From positions 3,193,532 to 3,257,531 of the forward strand of contig CP070695.1 of assembly GCA_020353515.1 (NCBI GenBank): DNA of 64,000 bases. The letters are read 5' to 3'. Shown in pieces: positions 60,923 through 64,000 of this stretch. The notes under the pieces were generated by a model that saw only the letters and a list, made by a program, of their open reading frames with translations, did not search any database and had not been told where the DNA came from. The translations under genes were made by a program, and so were the position numbers. Each line of letters begins with the position of its first letter. The first letter of the stretch is position 1. Source of the DNA: Candidatus Heimdallarchaeota archaeon. Its GTDB lineage: Archaea > Asgardarchaeota > Heimdallarchaeia > Hodarchaeales > Hodarchaeaceae.

Positions 60923-62212
60923 TTAATAAAATGAAATCTCGAAGAATAATTGTAGGTCTTTGATTAATGAGTAAGCAATACTCACAGCTTCCTCCATCTC
61001 GATACAGGTCAACTGAATACAGATTTCTCCTTTGGTTTGTGACTCCACCTTGACTTCTGCTTTTCCTAAAGAAACTAACTGATTTGCGATTCCACTATGC
61101 ATTTTGATTCCGTTTAGGACTCTTTCTCCTCCACTTAGATTAATATTTCGCCAGGGATCCTCCCATGATGGTTGTTTCGGTTCCCCCTCTGTTTTTAACT
61201 CAAGGTTCACGAAAGGAAGATTTGATTTTCTCAAACAGCCTTCCAATAGTATTTGATTCTGATTAAAAGTAACCTTGATCTCATTTATTGATCCTGAAAA
61301 TGGAATAATACGTACAACTTGCCTATTAATTTCCTGTTCAAAGATCAACTCTTTGACCTGATATTGAATGGATGAGAATAATGATTTTATTTCTTTATCC
61401 AAAAGTTCATTTTTGGGATCAGTTTCAGGTATGATCTCTTGGGAAAAGTCTGTATCTGCTATTTCTAATGTAGATGGTTCTTGGTCAGGAATTTCTGGAA
61501 TATTTTTCACAACAGAGAGATTTTGGAGTTCGATAGCTTTTTGAGGTGTTTCTTCTGATAATTCCACTTTATTCATTATTGGAGATATAAATTCTTCCTT
61601 AAAATTAACTTCTTTTTCAATTTTTTTAGGAGATAAGGTGTCTAATACTGTTTCCTCATCAGATTCATATGAAATATGTGCTTCAGGTTCTAATAATTCA
61701 GGTATTATCGCTATGGAATTCAGATACTCTTGTAGACTATTTAAATGATCATAAAACATTTCATTCGAAATATTCCTTTCTAGGAATCTTTTTTTCTGGT
61801 TGAAATACCATATTTTCTTCTGGTTCAATAATAAGTCTTGAGAGGCACCAGGCTGTTTGGCTTGGTCAGCAAAGAGTTTATCGAAGCTTTCAATAGCTTG
61901 CTCTAATGATCTACGGTCTTTGGTAAACTCAACATCTATATTTTGTTGTGATTGGGGAAGTGGTTTTGTTTCTTCTACTTGTTTTTGACCACATTTTGGA
62001 CAATAGCTGGCTTCATGCTTGATCCTTGCATTACAGGAAGAACAGCGTTTCATGCTATTTTTTAAAACATGATTCCACGAGGATGATTCCCATTGGCGTG
62101 GGAGTGTGCTATCACATTTTCGACATTTCGAGAAAACCCGATTGTTTTTTTCTCCACAATATCTACATACAACAAATGGTTCCATAATCAGCACCATTTC
62201 TTTAGAAATCAA
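60923..62212 (-). CDS. Soluble zinc-ribbon protein with the same C-terminal domain as 57481..60894
   Basis: CRYC, CRKC, CSSC, CPKC, helical middle, acidic linker, LFSSIQY...ISFY domain. No TM. Confidence 0.85.
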   Translation of the reverse strand: MISKEMVLIMEPFVVCRYCGEKNNRVFSKCRKCDSTLPRQWESSSWNHVLKNSMKRCSSCNARIKHEASYCPKCGQKQVEETKPLPQSQQNIDVEFTKDRRSLEQAIESFDKLFADQAKQPGASQDLLLNQKKIWYFNQKKRFLERNISNEMFYDHLNSLQEYLNSIAIIPELLEPEAHISYESDEETVLDTLSPKKIEKEVNFKEEFISPIMNKVELSEETPQKAIELQNLSVVKNIPEIPDQEPSTLEIADTDFSQEIIPETDPKNELLDKEIKSLFSSIQYQVKELIFEQEINRQVVRIIPFSGSINEIKVTFNQNQILLEGCLRKSNLPFVNLELKTEGEPKQPSWEDPWRNINLSGGERVLNGIKMHSGIANQLVSLGKAEVKVESQTKGEICIQLTCIEMEEAVSIAYSLIKDLQLFFEISFY

Positions 62213-62421
62213 GAATATTCTTTATAAACCAACCGTTACCTCTAGTTTAGGCTGATTAAATCAAATACTTTCTTTCTAAACAATCCATACCTCATTTTTA
62301 ATATGGAATAGAAGCATTATTTCTATTATTCTATCTTGGGCAGTCTTACCTATAAAAGGAATTTCATCCTTCAGATTACCCTCTTATTCGCTGTTTTCTA
62401 TCCGTCAATGAAAAGCGATTT

Positions 62422-62559
62422 CTAAACTTGTAATAATCTGGAATTAGTAACAAAGTTAAAAATTAACATGATAATGATATATAATAATATTAAGATAACT
62501 AGACCGCGAATTATACTAGGAGCGACCTTTGTTCTCTTATCCACAATCTTTTTAGTCAT
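62422..62559 (-). CDS. Small single-TM protein (45 aa), below the ORF-track cutoff
   Basis: MTKKIVDKRTKVAPSIIRGLVILILLYIIIMLIFNFVTNSRLLQV*, 28 bp after the HD gene stop. Confidence 0.55.
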   Translation of the reverse strand: MTKKIVDKRTKVAPSIIRGLVILILLYIIIMLIFNFVTNSRLLQV

Positions 62560-62587
62560 TTTTAAGTGTCCAAGTTCAAAAACAAAC

Positions 62588-63280
62588 TTAAGATTTTTTC
62601 TTTTTTCTCTTTTTCACCTTAGCTTTCTTGTTAATCAAGCCTTCTTTTTCAAAGATAGCAGTTATACTACTCATTCTATCATCGAGTCTCTTTTGAATGA
62701 CATGTGAAAAGCCCTCTAACTCTTGAGCTCCCATCATTCCTAGTTCACGAGAATATTCATAATTTAATTTTTCATAATCTTGCTGTCGACTGGTCATGTA
62801 CTTTTCAAGAATTTCTTGCATTGATCCTTCTTTCCCAATGAATCCACGTAATAATCCCATTAACCCTAAACGATCCAAGGTGTCCGCATCATAAACCACT
62901 TTTTCTTCTGGTGTTACAGGGGGAATACTCGATGTAGGTGTATGACGCACGACCACACGACAAATTCTCTCACTCAAAGAATTTTCTATTTCTAATCCTT
63001 CTAGGAATTCTTCTGCAATGCTACCCCCGAATAAACCATGAAATCCTGCAAAGTCATTAGTTGTTTTACCTATATCGTGTAATAATGAACCCGCTATTAC
63101 GATAAAAGGGTCGATTGGATCGTCAATATTTTTACTGATTTGAATTGCAGTGCGTGTAACCATAAATACATGAGAATAATCATGAGAGTCGCTTTCGGCA
63201 TGACATCGTCTCACAAATTCTTGGATTCTTAATAAAATCTCCTGTTCTTTCTCTGTTAGTGCTCTAGTAAACATTTTCAT
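62588..63280 (-). CDS. HD-domain phosphohydrolase
   Basis: HDYSHV, LLHDIGK, HG, VVRH, YDADTLDRLG. Confidence 0.93.
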   Translation of the reverse strand: MKMFTRALTEKEQEILLRIQEFVRRCHAESDSHDYSHVFMVTRTAIQISKNIDDPIDPFIVIAGSLLHDIGKTTNDFAGFHGLFGGSIAEEFLEGLEIENSLSERICRVVVRHTPTSSIPPVTPEEKVVYDADTLDRLGLMGLLRGFIGKEGSMQEILEKYMTSRQQDYEKLNYEYSRELGMMGAQELEGFSHVIQKRLDDRMSSITAIFEKEGLINKKAKVKKRKKKKS

Positions 63281-63645
63281 CGCCTGTAATATGATTAAAT
63301 GAGCTGTGGTTCTTATCGGAAGTTTAATTCCTCAATGATTGATAATTCTTTCGCCTCACAAAGTAAATTCTACTCGTTTGAAAAAAGCTATAACAAATAA
63401 TTGTAATAATCTCAACTAAAAAAGTATTTCATATAAAAAATGGACTATACTGATAATCCATCCCCTTAGAATGTTCTATTTTCAATCAGAGTACATGGGA
63501 GATAATGATTGAGCAAAAAAAATTGGTTTTTCAAAACGAAATTTTATAAGAATGGATTGCATGTAAACTATTATACCCCTTTAATGTATTATCTGAATCA
63601 TTCAAAAGCTTATGAGAATTTTACACAATAATTTATTAGGTATAA

Positions 63646-63936
63646 ATGATGTCTAACAAAGGTTTGGTTGAAAAACTTTATTGTGCAAAGTACACACTTG
63701 TTTTCAACAACAGCAAAATGGACAAATGTGCATTTATCTCTGCGTCCTCTGCTCAAGAAGCATGGGATCTTACGGAAACCCTAGCATCATTCTGGAACAC
63801 GGAAGAAAAAGCTTGGGACTCGTTTAGAATTCAAAAGGTATTCAAGCAACCATGTTCCAAAAATCCGATAATGATTTGGTCAAAGAAGATTTTTTCTAAG
63901 ATCAGGAAACAGGGAAGATCTTTCTCATTTTCTTGA
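63646..63936 (+). CDS. Hypothetical protein
   Basis: Intact 96-aa ORF, no recognisable motif. Confidence 0.45.
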   Translation: MMSNKGLVEKLYCAKYTLVFNNSKMDKCAFISASSAQEAWDLTETLASFWNTEEKAWDSFRIQKVFKQPCSKNPIMIWSKKIFSKIRKQGRSFSFS

Positions 63937-64000
63937 ACTTCAGGTCAAAATTTCGGGTGAATACAACTCTTCTACAGGATCTCATTAGAATTTAATTTCA

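Noticed and set aside
3078-62707. Numerous 60-165 aa ORFs nested in or antisense to larger genes (e.g. 19803..20174, 41821..42162, 55211..55705, 57494..57817, 62468..62707)
   Set aside because: Shadow ORFs of well-supported CDS with no independent evidence.
1-64000. tRNA, rRNA, IS elements, integrases, provirus
   Set aside because: No cloverleaf, rRNA-like tract, transposase/recombinase motif or viral hallmark gene was recognised by eye. tRNAscan/Infernal were not run.

Overview
AT-rich archaeal chromosomal window, most consistent with an Asgard archaeon (Heimdallarchaeia/Hodarchaeales-like). The basis is archaeal SecY and TrmB/Lrp regulators alongside several eukaryotic-signature proteins: a Rab-like GTPase, a single-domain gelsolin, an OSTC/DC2-like OST subunit, an LRR protein and a membrane-anchored uDENN/longin-like domain. 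It holds about 55 CDS, many C-terminally anchored surface proteins and several gene remnants. I found no rRNA, tRNA, CRISPR array, integrase or transposase. Three observations stand out. (1) A two-gene operon (57481-62212) pairs a single-pass receptor-like protein with a soluble zinc-ribbon protein, and both end in the same unrecognised ~150-aa domain, suggesting a receptor-adaptor pair. (2) A HEAT/ARM protein (25865-27529) has motifs matching animal VEPH1/Melted without the PH domain; this comparison is from memory and needs a search. (3) Three surface-protein genes are each flanked by diverged direct duplications of neighbouring host sequence. In one case the differences are mostly synonymous, suggesting integrase-free gene capture from related strains. 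All family calls come from motif recognition, not database searches.
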